NCBI GenBank assembly: GCA_963810275.1
Contig: CAWENF010000017.1
Coordinates: 64,404-128,403 of the forward strand
Length of the DNA: 64,000 nucleotides
Reading direction: 5' to 3'
Source of the DNA: an uncultured archaeon
GTDB lineage: Archaea > Thermoproteota > Bathyarchaeia > Bathyarchaeales > Bathycorpusculaceae
The first letter of the stretch is position 1; each line of letters starts with the position of its first letter. Shown here piece by piece: positions 20,072 through 28,598 of the stretch. The notes beneath the pieces are model-generated. The model did not search any database. It was not told where the DNA came from and saw only the letters and a list, made by a program, of their open reading frames with translations. The position numbers and the translations under genes are program-made.

Positions 20072-20203
20072 ATGATTGACCCTTGGATGGTTACGCAGCC
20101 TGTTGCTTTCGGCGCCTTGCTACTTTTCAGTAGCTACCTTGCATATCGACAACACTCCAAACGCGCCAAAAAACATGAACGCAGCAATATGGTTTTGGTC
20201 TAA
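20072..20203 (+). CDS. Putative small single-pass membrane protein (43 aa)
   Basis: MIDPWMVTQPVAFGALLLFSSYLAYRQHSKRAKKHERSNMVLV: hydrophobic helix then basic tail; TATA-like AAAAACATATAA at 20035-20046. Confidence 0.5.
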   Translation: MIDPWMVTQPVAFGALLLFSSYLAYRQHSKRAKKHERSNMVLV

Positions 20204-20530
20204 AAAGTTTTCACCAGAATCCAAAATCAATCGACGGCTTAATTTAACTAAGAATGGAAACCTTTGAGTTACTCAGTACAAGCTACGAACTTATTCAATC
20301 GATTTGGATAGGTCCGTGAACTCTACGTTATAAACTACCAAATAAACATGGACGAGATTTTCGGCTTATTCGTTCCAAACAGTAAAGACAAAATCATCAC
20401 GGTTCGTATTGTCTGCACCTTAATCAAGCCTATCTCAAGTTGCCTTCGCATATTCGATTATGATGCCTGCCAGCTTATAAGAAAATAAAATTTCCTCAGT
20501 AAACTAAGTTGAAAAATAAATGAAAAAGAG

Positions 20531-21550
20531 TCAGGCTTCGGTCACTATGGCGTCAGAAAGAACCGTGACCACGCCGTCGCCCTCTTTGACGTACCCTACC
20601 TCCAGGTGCTTAACACTCCGCTTATCCAACTCGCCGCTTAAGCGGTCTGCTTCTTCTTTAGCTACAGCGATGAGTATGCCGCCCGCTGTTTCTTTAGCTT
20701 CTCCAGTCAGCAGAGGGTAACCCAGAATCTCAGATAGTTGGGGTGTGCCTTGTATTACGTAAAGGTTGTCTATGACTATGTCGACTTTTCCTAGCACAGC
20801 CATATTCGCCGAGTGCCCTTTCAAGCCGAAACCGGTGACGTCGGTTGCTGCGTGCACGGACACCTGCTGCATCGCCTCAGCAACGGGTTTATTTGAGGTT
20901 ATCATGCCCGTAATGGCTTGGTTAATGGCAGTTTCGATCAAATCTTCTGGTATACCTTCAAGGAGTTCTCTGCCATCTTCTTCTTTTCTGAGACGATAAG
21001 CAGCCATAGCAGGTGCGATACCTAAGGGTTTGGTAAGGAAGAGTTTGTCGCCTGGTTTGGCGCCTTTGGTGTAGATGATTTTTTCAGGGTCGCCTATCCC
21101 AGTTGCGGCTCCGCCTATGATTGGCCATGGGTTTCGAATAGTGTGGCCGCCCACGATGGGGGTGTCCATTTCGCGACAGAAGTCACCTAAGCCCTTTAGC
21201 ATACCGACTGCTAACTCTGTAGGCATGTCTTCTGGGAAAGCCATTATTGTGAGTACCGAGGCTATTTTGGTTACGCCTAAAGTGTAGATGTCGCTGGTAA
21301 CGTTGCTGCCTGCAATTCGTCCCTGAATTTCGGGTTCATCAACCATAGGCGTGAAGAAATCCAACGTGTTAAGGACAGCTGTACCGTCGGCGATTTTTAC
21401 TACGCTGCTGTTTTCCCATGGACCAGCAAGCACTTCTTCCCCGAGGTTCTGGGTTATGCCTGCTTCGTCAAGCAAGTCACCGAGTTTATACTGGGGAAAT
21501 TTGCAGCTGCATCCGTGTACGGGGACAGCTTTGGTTAACCTATAAGTCAT
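20531..21550 (-). CDS. selD: Selenide,water dikinase (selenophosphate synthetase), Cys form
   Basis: HGCSCK active-site motif (both Cys are TGC, not TGA), DFFTPMVD, GGHTI.NPW, LTKPLG, TDVTGFGL.GH and ETAGGILI. Confidence 0.92.
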   Translation of the reverse strand: MTYRLTKAVPVHGCSCKFPQYKLGDLLDEAGITQNLGEEVLAGPWENSSVVKIADGTAVLNTLDFFTPMVDEPEIQGRIAGSNVTSDIYTLGVTKIASVLTIMAFPEDMPTELAVGMLKGLGDFCREMDTPIVGGHTIRNPWPIIGGAATGIGDPEKIIYTKGAKPGDKLFLTKPLGIAPAMAAYRLRKEEDGRELLEGIPEDLIETAINQAITGMITSNKPVAEAMQQVSVHAATDVTGFGLKGHSANMAVLGKVDIVIDNLYVIQGTPQLSEILGYPLLTGEAKETAGGILIAVAKEEADRLSGELDKRSVKHLEVGYVKEGDGVVTVLSDAIVTEA

Positions 21551-21626
21551 TGTAATTTTCACCTAACAGTTATATGAAGTTAAAAGAAATAAATAGTTTG
21601 TATTAAAAAAATTGAAAAAGAGGCGT

Positions 21627-22919
21627 TTAAGCCTGCTTTTTACCTGCAATGATTTCCAAGAAAGCCTCGATGCGGGTTTGGATTTGGGGTGCGTCGCCCA
21701 TTGTGTAGTCGGTTTCGATTTTTAGCATAGGCAAATCGTCGTCTTTGAGTGCTCGTTCCACTTTGACTGCTTCAACGTTGTAGTCGTGGCAATTCTGAAG
21801 AGTGTAATAGATTATGCCGTCTGCCTTGAACTGCTTTGCGAGGTTGGTGACGCTTTGTATGCGGCGGTCGTTTGGCGTGAAGCATGCGCAGGGGATTTTG
21901 CTGTATTTCTCAACCAGTGCCCAGAGAAGGTCGTTTATGCTATCACCCTTTGGTTCGACGAGGTCGGTGAAGAGGCGTGTACCAACGCAACTTTCTTCTG
22001 TGATGACGGTTGCGCCTAAGTTTTGGGCGATGCTGTGGACTTTCCAGTTGGGAATTGCCATGGGGCAACCAGAAATCAGAAGTCTTGGTGCATCTGCTGG
22101 AGCTACACCGATGCCGTTTTTGATACGTTCTTCAAGTTCGTCGCAGAGTTCGTTTACTTTGGCTGTGAAACGTGCTGGGTCGTCGTTGAAGCTAATTTGG
22201 AAAATAAGCAGGGCGTCTAAGCCGCTGATTGGAGATGGAGAGTAGGCACGGAAGTTGTTTAGGCGCTGGAGGGCTTTGCGTTTGTTGTTGATTAACTCGA
22301 TTGCTGCTTTTAGCGAATCTGCAGTGATGGTGTTGCCTGTGAGTTCTTCAATTTTTGCTTTGAAGGCTTCAAGTTCATGGAACCAGAAGTTTTTGCCCGC
22401 TTGGGTGTCGGGTTTATGGGGGATTTCCAGCACGTAGGTGGGGATTAATTCGTTTAGAAGTTCGTAGACTTTCTTTTTTCCGTCACATGTGGTTTCCCCA
22501 ACGACTAGGTCGCTTACCTGGAAGTATGGGCATGTTCTGCCGAGTTTGAAGCCGTAGAAGGATTTGATGAGGGGGCAGAGGTTTCGGGGAATGACTGCTT
22601 CGGCTTCGGGAACTGAGAAGTCTGCGCCTCCGCATAAGCCGACCATCGAAGCGTTTGCTGCAGTTGCGATTTCTTCTGGTGCATAAATGCAGAATGCTCC
22701 AACTACTTTTTTGCCCTGCGCTCTTTTGTCGTTTAACTCTTTAATTCGGAGCCCATGGATTTCTGAGACGACGAAGTCGAAGTAATCCATTTTTTTGGGT
22801 CGGTTTTTTTGTGAGAGGTAGATGTCGGTGTAGAATTGCCCGAGGGCAGCTAGGAGGGTGTTGTGTTTTTCGATGTCGATTCCTATGTTTTTCCACATTT
22901 CGAGGTATTGTTCTGACAT
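21627..22919 (-). CDS. Double-cubane-cluster-type anaerobic reductase (2-hydroxyacyl-CoA dehydratase D / BcrB-like family)
   Basis: GAFCIYAPEE, GLCGG, PRNLCPLIKS, CPYF, GETTCDGKKK, SGCPM, EESC, CACFTPN and IETDY...TRIEAFLE motifs. Confidence 0.88.
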   Translation of the reverse strand: MSEQYLEMWKNIGIDIEKHNTLLAALGQFYTDIYLSQKNRPKKMDYFDFVVSEIHGLRIKELNDKRAQGKKVVGAFCIYAPEEIATAANASMVGLCGGADFSVPEAEAVIPRNLCPLIKSFYGFKLGRTCPYFQVSDLVVGETTCDGKKKVYELLNELIPTYVLEIPHKPDTQAGKNFWFHELEAFKAKIEELTGNTITADSLKAAIELINNKRKALQRLNNFRAYSPSPISGLDALLIFQISFNDDPARFTAKVNELCDELEERIKNGIGVAPADAPRLLISGCPMAIPNWKVHSIAQNLGATVITEESCVGTRLFTDLVEPKGDSINDLLWALVEKYSKIPCACFTPNDRRIQSVTNLAKQFKADGIIYYTLQNCHDYNVEAVKVERALKDDDLPMLKIETDYTMGDAPQIQTRIEAFLEIIAGKKQA

Positions 22920-22999
22920 GGAGATCACTATTAAGAGGTATGGGTAGAAAAAGCCCTAATTAAAATTTATTATAAATAAAATTAAAAAAGCTGATATAA

Positions 23000-23224
23000 T
23001 TATCGTTTTTTAATCAGAAGCTTAAACTCAGCACCAGACTTCTGGACCTCAACAACCTCTTGACCATTATTCTTAACCCAGCGCTGGATATTTTCAAGCT
23101 CCAATTCGCCCTCGCCAGTAACTTCCAAAAGCTGTCCAGCTTCTAACTCGGACAACTTGCGTTTTGTAAGCGCTACCGGCAGGGGGCACATTTTGTTTTT
23201 CACATCGATTTTTTCGATACTCAT
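23000..23224 (-). CDS. TusA/SirA/YedF-family sulfur (selenium) carrier
   Basis: ID....CPLP motif, 74 aa, ends LIKK. Confidence 0.9.
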   Translation of the reverse strand: MSIEKIDVKNKMCPLPVALTKRKLSELEAGQLLEVTGEGELELENIQRWVKNNGQEVVEVQKSGAEFKLLIKKR

Positions 23225-23233
23225 AGCATTCGC

Positions 23234-23584
23234 CTAGAAAGAAAGTACTTTATCGCTGTTAGCTGTCCACTCAACTAGGTCATGGATGGTTGCAAGTTTA
23301 ACGCCGTCAATAAGTTCGCTTTCCAATAAGCCCCTTGCTTGTGCGCAAACGCCGCAGGCTTTGACTTCAACACCACCTTTGACGAGGTCTTCAAGCATTT
23401 GGCCATAGTTGGTTAATCCCTGGGCAGGGTTTTGGTCTTTTTTGGCGAGATAAACGCCGTTTTCAAAGAGCCAAATGCGTACTTTGTTTCCTTCTAAGTC
23501 TGCTGTCCATGCAAACCTTAGGGCGGTTAAGGCGCGTTCTTTGGCGACTGGGGCGTCGTAAATTATTATTGTAAAGGATGTCAT
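23234..23584 (-). CDS. DsrE/YchN-family sulfur relay protein
   Basis: ALRFA, LFENGVY.AK, V.ACGVCAQARG and SDKVLSF motifs. Confidence 0.9.
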   Translation of the reverse strand: MTSFTIIIYDAPVAKERALTALRFAWTADLEGNKVRIWLFENGVYLAKKDQNPAQGLTNYGQMLEDLVKGGVEVKACGVCAQARGLLESELIDGVKLATIHDLVEWTANSDKVLSF

Positions 23585-23605
23585 AAAAATCTGCTCACGA
23601 TTTTT
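23585..23605. promoter_or_regulatory. Inverted repeat in the dsrE/LysR divergent region (candidate operator)
   Basis: AAAAATC-N7-GATTTTT abutting the dsrE start codon. Confidence 0.3.
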
Positions 23606-23709
23606 TGATGTGTACTATTAGAAAATCGAATATAAAATTGTTGTCTATGCTTAAAAACAGAATACCATATAAAGATAAAAATAGATTCATTTACCAGGGC
23701 CAAGTTGGC

Positions 23710-24639
23710 ATGGAAACAATCAGGTTTGATTATCTAAACACATTCCTCACAGTAGCAAGGATAAAAAGTTTCTCACTAGCGGCAAAAGAACTAAAAACCA
23801 GTCAAGGTACAGTCAGTCACCATGTGGCGGCGCTTGAAGAATATTTTGATGCTGAACTTTTCAGACGCACCGCTAGCGGCGTTGAAGTCACCGAGGCAGG
23901 CGCAACTGTAAAAGAAGCAGCCGAAAAAATACTCAGAGAAGCCCATGAGGCAAGAGCCAAAATCTCCGCCGCCAAACATACCCTCTCTGGCACCATAAAA
24001 ATCGCCGCCAGCACCATCCCCGAAGAACACATCCTACCCGGCTTAATCGCCGAATTCCAAAAAAAACACCCTGACATAAAATTCAAAGTAACAGCACAGG
24101 ACAGCTTAACAAGCCTCAAAAGCCTACAAACAGACATCGTAGACCTCGCTGCGGTAGGCACGGTAATTGGGTTTGAAGAAAAATTCGATTTCGTACAAAT
24201 CGGCGAAGAACAACTTGTGCTTATCGTATCCTGCGAACACGAGTTGAGTCGCAGAAAAACCGTCAAACTTCTTGAGGTAACCACATACCCCTTTATAGGC
24301 AGAGAAGAAACATCGGGGACTCGACGAGAAATTGAGAAGCTGCTTGCAGCTAATAACCTCTCCATAGAGAGCTTGAAAGCGGCGTTTGATTTGGGCAGCA
24401 CCGAATCAGTGGTCACAGCGGTTTCGGAATGCAGGGGTGTGAGTATTATTTCGTCTATTTCTGCGGCTAAAGCTCAAGCGGCAGGACTGGTAAAAATCGT
24501 TAACATAGCAGAAGCTCAAGAGCCTCGTAAGCTGTATGTAGCTAGGCAGAAAAAGGCGCTGCTTAAGCCTATAGAGGCTTTTTGGGAGTTCTGCAGAGCC
24601 TACAAGTTTAAGGCTCAATCCACGGCATGCCAACAATAG
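23710..24639 (+). CDS. LysR-family regulator (selenium-metabolism-associated / CysL-like)
   Basis: L.TF..VA...SFS.AA..L..SQ.TVS..V..LE HTH; ASTIP.E..LP, REETSGTR and LGSTESV motifs; divergent from the selD operon. Confidence 0.9.
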   Translation: METIRFDYLNTFLTVARIKSFSLAAKELKTSQGTVSHHVAALEEYFDAELFRRTASGVEVTEAGATVKEAAEKILREAHEARAKISAAKHTLSGTIKIAASTIPEEHILPGLIAEFQKKHPDIKFKVTAQDSLTSLKSLQTDIVDLAAVGTVIGFEEKFDFVQIGEEQLVLIVSCEHELSRRKTVKLLEVTTYPFIGREETSGTRREIEKLLAANNLSIESLKAAFDLGSTESVVTAVSECRGVSIISSISAAKAQAAGLVKIVNIAEAQEPRKLYVARQKKALLKPIEAFWEFCRAYKFKAQSTACQQ

Positions 24640-24648
24640 CTGCTACGA

Positions 24649-24975
24649 TTAGAAGTCTTCGTCGAGCTTAACCCATATTTTTCCATCCACAATCTTGAAT
24701 GGATAGGTAACCAGCTTGTAGTCCGGCATCTCCTCGTATTCGCCTGAAATTAAGTTGAAACGCCACTCATGGCACGGACAAATCACGACGTCGCCGTCAA
24801 GGCTGCCTCCGCTGAATCTACAGCCCATGTGTGGGCAGCGATCGTCAATAACATAGATTTTCCCTTTCTGCTTTATGAAAAGTACAGGTACACCTTCGAT
24901 TCTAACAAGTTTCATCGCACCTTCTTTGAGTTCCGTTTCAGCAATAGATGGAACATAGTTATCTTTTTCAACCAT
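24649..24975 (-). CDS. Rieske [2Fe-2S] ferredoxin
   Basis: DRCPHMG...ICPCHEWRF (CxH...CxxH); start placed at MVEKD. Confidence 0.88.
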   Translation of the reverse strand: MVEKDNYVPSIAETELKEGAMKLVRIEGVPVLFIKQKGKIYVIDDRCPHMGCRFSGGSLDGDVVICPCHEWRFNLISGEYEEMPDYKLVTYPFKIVDGKIWVKLDEDF

Positions 24976-25750
24976 GAATACCACGTACTGAACAATTCTT
25001 TTTTGGACAAATAAGATTTCGCCTATTACCAGTATCGTTTGTTTTTGTTGATATGATAGTTTTAGTTTTAAGAGGGCACATAGGAGAGACAACTTCAAAA
25101 GGGCTACTTGGATATTCATTTGCAGTTTTATGCGTCCTTTAACTCGTTGGCACTACACAGGTTCGTTTTAGTTTTTGTTTTGGTTAATTATTTTTGAGTT
25201 TGCAAAATTGATATATTCTCTTTATTTGCATGCTAGTCTAATTATTCCAGGATGCTTGAGAAAGTGGGTGATGGTTTCTTTTTGTGTGGGTGTGGAGAGC
25301 CGGAAGATTCACACCACACTCTGGGGTTTGGTTTAAGCTTGTTTTTTGTTTTGGGTTGTTAATCTGGTTGTGTTTTAGTGTGGGGAGTGGTTTTTGCCCA
25401 CACTGCCTATGTTGAGAGTATGTTGAGATGTGTGTAAGAGTGTGTGGGTGCATGTTGAAAGCGCTATTGTCAGTGGCATGAAGGGCTGAGAGGACTAAGC
25501 TTTACGTTTGGCGATGCTTGATGCTGTTATTTGTAGTGGTTTTTCTGTTGACAAGAATGGTAGCAACATGGTAGCCTTCTTTTGGATGAAGACGATTAAG
25601 TGTTGTGTATAAAAATATACAAGGAATAACCTGAATTGGAACCTGCCGACTATGTGATGAGTAATTGATTCCAATAACGTACAGAATTGGAGGCGCTGAA
25701 AAAATTTGGGTGCAAAAAGGAAATAAACCCCAGAGGCTCACCCAGTATTA

Positions 25751-26314
25751 GTGAATGGAATGTCAGCTAAAACACAGGTTAACCCTTCTCAAGCTTATCG
25801 GCTTCTCCATCCAATGCACACTGTGCTAGTCAGTTGCCTTGGCAACAGTGGAAAACCCAACATAACTACTCTGGCGTGGGCTATGCCTACGTCTGTTGTA
25901 CCGCCGTTGCTCGCTGTTAGCATAGCGCCGGGGCGCCATAGCCACAGTCTTATTGAGGGGTCAGGCGAATTCGTCGTTAATATTCCCACCTTGGAGACTC
26001 TGCAGGCTGTTTACACCTGCGGTAACCTATCAGGCAGAAGCTTTGATAAATTCAAAAAATGTAGCTTAACACCGTTGCCAGGCAAAAAAGTCAAAGCTCC
26101 TGCCATTGCAGAATGCATAGCTCACTTAGAATGCGAAGTTGATGGACAAATGACAACAGGCGACCACACTATATTTGTGGGCAAAATCGTGGAAGCATAC
26201 GCCGACAAAGGAGCATGGACAGATGCAGGCTGGGACCTCAAACGTGCACACCACCTCTATCACGCAGGCGGAAACAACTTCCTAACCTTAGATCCAAAAA
26301 TCTACAAAGCCTAA
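25751..26314 (+). CDS. Flavin reductase-like / flavoredoxin protein
   Basis: PNITTLAW, SGEFVVNIP, P.IAECIAHLEC and GDHTIFVG motifs; alternative start at 25760. Confidence 0.9.
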   Translation: MNGMSAKTQVNPSQAYRLLHPMHTVLVSCLGNSGKPNITTLAWAMPTSVVPPLLAVSIAPGRHSHSLIEGSGEFVVNIPTLETLQAVYTCGNLSGRSFDKFKKCSLTPLPGKKVKAPAIAECIAHLECEVDGQMTTGDHTIFVGKIVEAYADKGAWTDAGWDLKRAHHLYHAGGNNFLTLDPKIYKA

Positions 26315-26479
26315 GCCTAAAAGAAGAAGTCGCATATTTTCCACTTTTCTTTTCTTTTAATAACTTTTATTTTTTTAGAAATCACTCCAAGCGTTGATGA
26401 GCTGTGACTGCTGAGCTCAAAAGTCTTCCTTAACTCGCATTAAAAATAAAGATGGGGAATAGATCTATTTTTTCGGTGA

Positions 26480-26767
26480 TTATTCTTTTGTTAGAGTTAT
26501 TTCTAACGTCGACACCATGCGGGGTCTATTTTCGCCTTCTCTTGGCGGCATCTCCACAGTGCCAATACCTATCTTTGAAACCTTGAGATCTTTTATGAAG
26601 CGGTTTCTTGCGATTTCTGCGCAGTCAACTGCTGTGGTGATTGCTTGGCCTCTTGCTTTTAGGGTGATTTCTTTTTGATCTCCTGAGAATGCTGTTATGA
26701 TAGCGAGTACATAGCTCATGGGTGGTTTGTTTCCAACAAATATTACGTTACTATTTCTTTCAGACAT
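26480..26767 (-). CDS. albA: DNA/RNA-binding protein Alba
   Basis: IFVGNKPPMSYV, LKARGQAITTAVD and VSTLEITL motifs. Confidence 0.95.
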   Translation of the reverse strand: MSERNSNVIFVGNKPPMSYVLAIITAFSGDQKEITLKARGQAITTAVDCAEIARNRFIKDLKVSKIGIGTVEMPPREGENRPRMVSTLEITLTKE

Positions 26768-27011
26768 GTATATTCAACCAGTTTACGCATAATAAGACAA
26801 CGGTCGCCTATAAACCAAATTTAGTTTTATTGCTTTTGATCGCATAATTGTAAAAGTAAATCGACTTGCTTAATCTGCTGCATACAAACTGGCTTAGTTT
26901 TTTGTATAAAGCAACAACCCTATAGTCATCCCAAAACGCCACTTCTACAATACAAGCGGCTACAACTTTATAACGATTGATCTTAAAATGTGCAAAGCCT
27001 AAAAGAGACAG

Positions 27012-27430
27012 CTAAAAAGCTGCCTTTATTTTTTTAGCCATCTCATCAAGCGTCGACCGCTCAGCAAGCTTACATCACTAAACCGCGGTAGTGACTTTCC
27101 AGTGAACCTAGGAATAATATGCACGTGAAGGTGAAAGATGTCTTGTCCTGCGGCTTTTCCGTTCTGCTGAATAACGCTGATACCGTCAGCGCCAGTGACT
27201 TTCTTGACGGCAAAAGCAACTTTTTGCACAACAGCATAAGCCTTCGCTTGAACATCAGCGGGAATATCAAAGATGTCTACGTAGTGCTGTTTGGGAATCA
27301 CAAGGGTATGCCCTACGCTTAATGGACGAATATCAAGGAAAGCCATCACTTCAGCGTCTTCATAGACGACGCTTGCGGAAACTTCTTTTTTCACTATCTT
27401 GCAGAAGATACAGTTCAAATCATACGCCAA
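27012..27430 (-). CDS. HIT-family hydrolase; probable 1-nt frameshift near 27070 (as read, the ORF stops at 27026)
   Basis: CIFCKI, FLDIRP, GHTLVIPK and HLHVHIIP motifs; the alternative frame gives a typical tail LAERSTLDEMAKKIKAAF* ending at 27012. Confidence 0.88.
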
Positions 27431-27521
27431 ATTGCTTCACCTATGAGAATTGCCAAGTTTACAATCACTTTATATTCGATGCCTATTCTTATCTTTTTCA
27501 CCAAAAAACAGGTTGAACTTT

Positions 27522-27809
27522 ATGACTGACATTGAAGATAAAGTGCGCAAAGAAGTCGGCCAAGTACAAGATCCCGAGACAGGGCAAACCTTTGAAGAGA
27601 TGAATATGATTCAAAGCGTCAAAGAAACCGCTCCCGGCGCAGTCACCGTCGAGTTTGTGCCGACAAGCCCATTTTGCCCCATAGCGTTTAAACTAGCTGC
27701 TGACCTTAAAAGCGCAGCAAAAACAGTGCCAGGCGTAACTAAGGCAACAGTGTATTGCCGCGGCCACGCTATGGAAGAGCAAATTAACGAAATGACCAAC
27801 AAAGAATAA
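27522..27809 (+). CDS. DUF59 / MIP18-family Fe-S assembly protein
   Basis: VQDPETG...M.MI..V...PTSPFCPIA. Confidence 0.85.
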   Translation: MTDIEDKVRKEVGQVQDPETGQTFEEMNMIQSVKETAPGAVTVEFVPTSPFCPIAFKLAADLKSAAKTVPGVTKATVYCRGHAMEEQINEMTNKE

Positions 27810-27836
27810 GCTTGTTGGTTTTTCTCTTTTTAGATT

Positions 27837-28598
27837 CTACTTCATTCGGCTAAAAGCCCAAGTACCCAAAGCTATCATCGCCAAATCAAAACCGACCAAT
27901 ACACCAATGTTAACCAGTAGAGGATGAATTGGCGTCCAAGCAGGACCCAAAATCACTGTACGCAATGCGTCCACGCCGTAGGTAAGCGGATCAAAACTGG
28001 AGGCCATCTGCATCCACTGCGGCGTGCCTTCGCCTGTAACTGGGAACAAAGCTCCGCTTAGGAAAAATATTGGTAAATTAATGAAGGTTTGAATGGCACC
28101 AAAGTTTTCCAAGCTGCCCATGAAGCTTGCTATAATCAAGCCTACGCTCACCAGACCCACGGTGATAAGCAGCATTATGGGTAAAGCAGCTAAAAGCGTC
28201 AAGGGATCAAAGGGTATTCCTAGCAGAAAGCCGAAGGCAAACACGATTATGCCTTGCAGAATGGCGGCGGTGCTGTCTCCAAGCATTTTACCTATGAATA
28301 TAGTGAAGCGCGACACGGGGGAGACAAGGACTTCTTTCATGAAGCCAAATTCTTTATCCCAAATCACGCTTATTCCCATAAACATCGCCGTAAACAGCAG
28401 CGTCTGCCCGATTATGCCAGGAAACAGGTATTGCTGATAACCGATGTCTGGTATGAGAAGGCGAGCTCCGAAGCCTGCGGCGAAAACAACCAGCCACAAA
28501 AGCGGCTGCACAAAGCTTATGACAACGCGGGCGCGGTCACGTGTGAATCGCTTGATTTCCCGCAACCACAACGTGTAGAGAGCGTTTAACTCAGTCAC
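27837..28598 (-). CDS. DrrB-like ABC-2 permease
   Basis: WLREIKRF, QPLLWL, DKEFGFMKE.LVSP, FLSGALFP and PLTYGVDALR motifs. Confidence 0.9.
   Translation of the reverse strand: MTELNALYTLWLREIKRFTRDRARVVISFVQPLLWLVVFAAGFGARLLIPDIGYQQYLFPGIIGQTLLFTAMFMGISVIWDKEFGFMKEVLVSPVSRFTIFIGKMLGDSTAAILQGIIVFAFGFLLGIPFDPLTLLAALPIMLLITVGLVSVGLIIASFMGSLENFGAIQTFINLPIFFLSGALFPVTGEGTPQWMQMASSFDPLTYGVDALRTVILGPAWTPIHPLLVNIGVLVGFDLAMIALGTWAFSRMK

Noticed and set aside
20076-20267. 63-aa ORF in the track
   Set aside because: The overlapping ATG-started 43-aa frame has the more protein-like TM plus basic-tail pattern.
20253-20490. Short ORF fragments downstream of selD (e.g. MDEIFGLFVP..., 46 aa)
   Set aside because: No recognisable motif and broken frames; cannot be supported as a gene.
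20531-24975. Selenocysteine (in-frame TGA) recoding or SECIS in the selD cluster
   Set aside because: All active-site positions are Cys codons. The selD TGA falls at the normal C-terminus and is followed by a T-rich tract with no convincing SECIS hairpin.
25238-25741. Minus-strand ORFs of 71 and 79 aa
   Set aside because: Their composition reflects the low-complexity tract; no motifs.
26394-26414. TTGATGA-N10-CTGA resembling half of a C/D RNA
   Set aside because: Only one box pair, no upstream box C, and no target identified.
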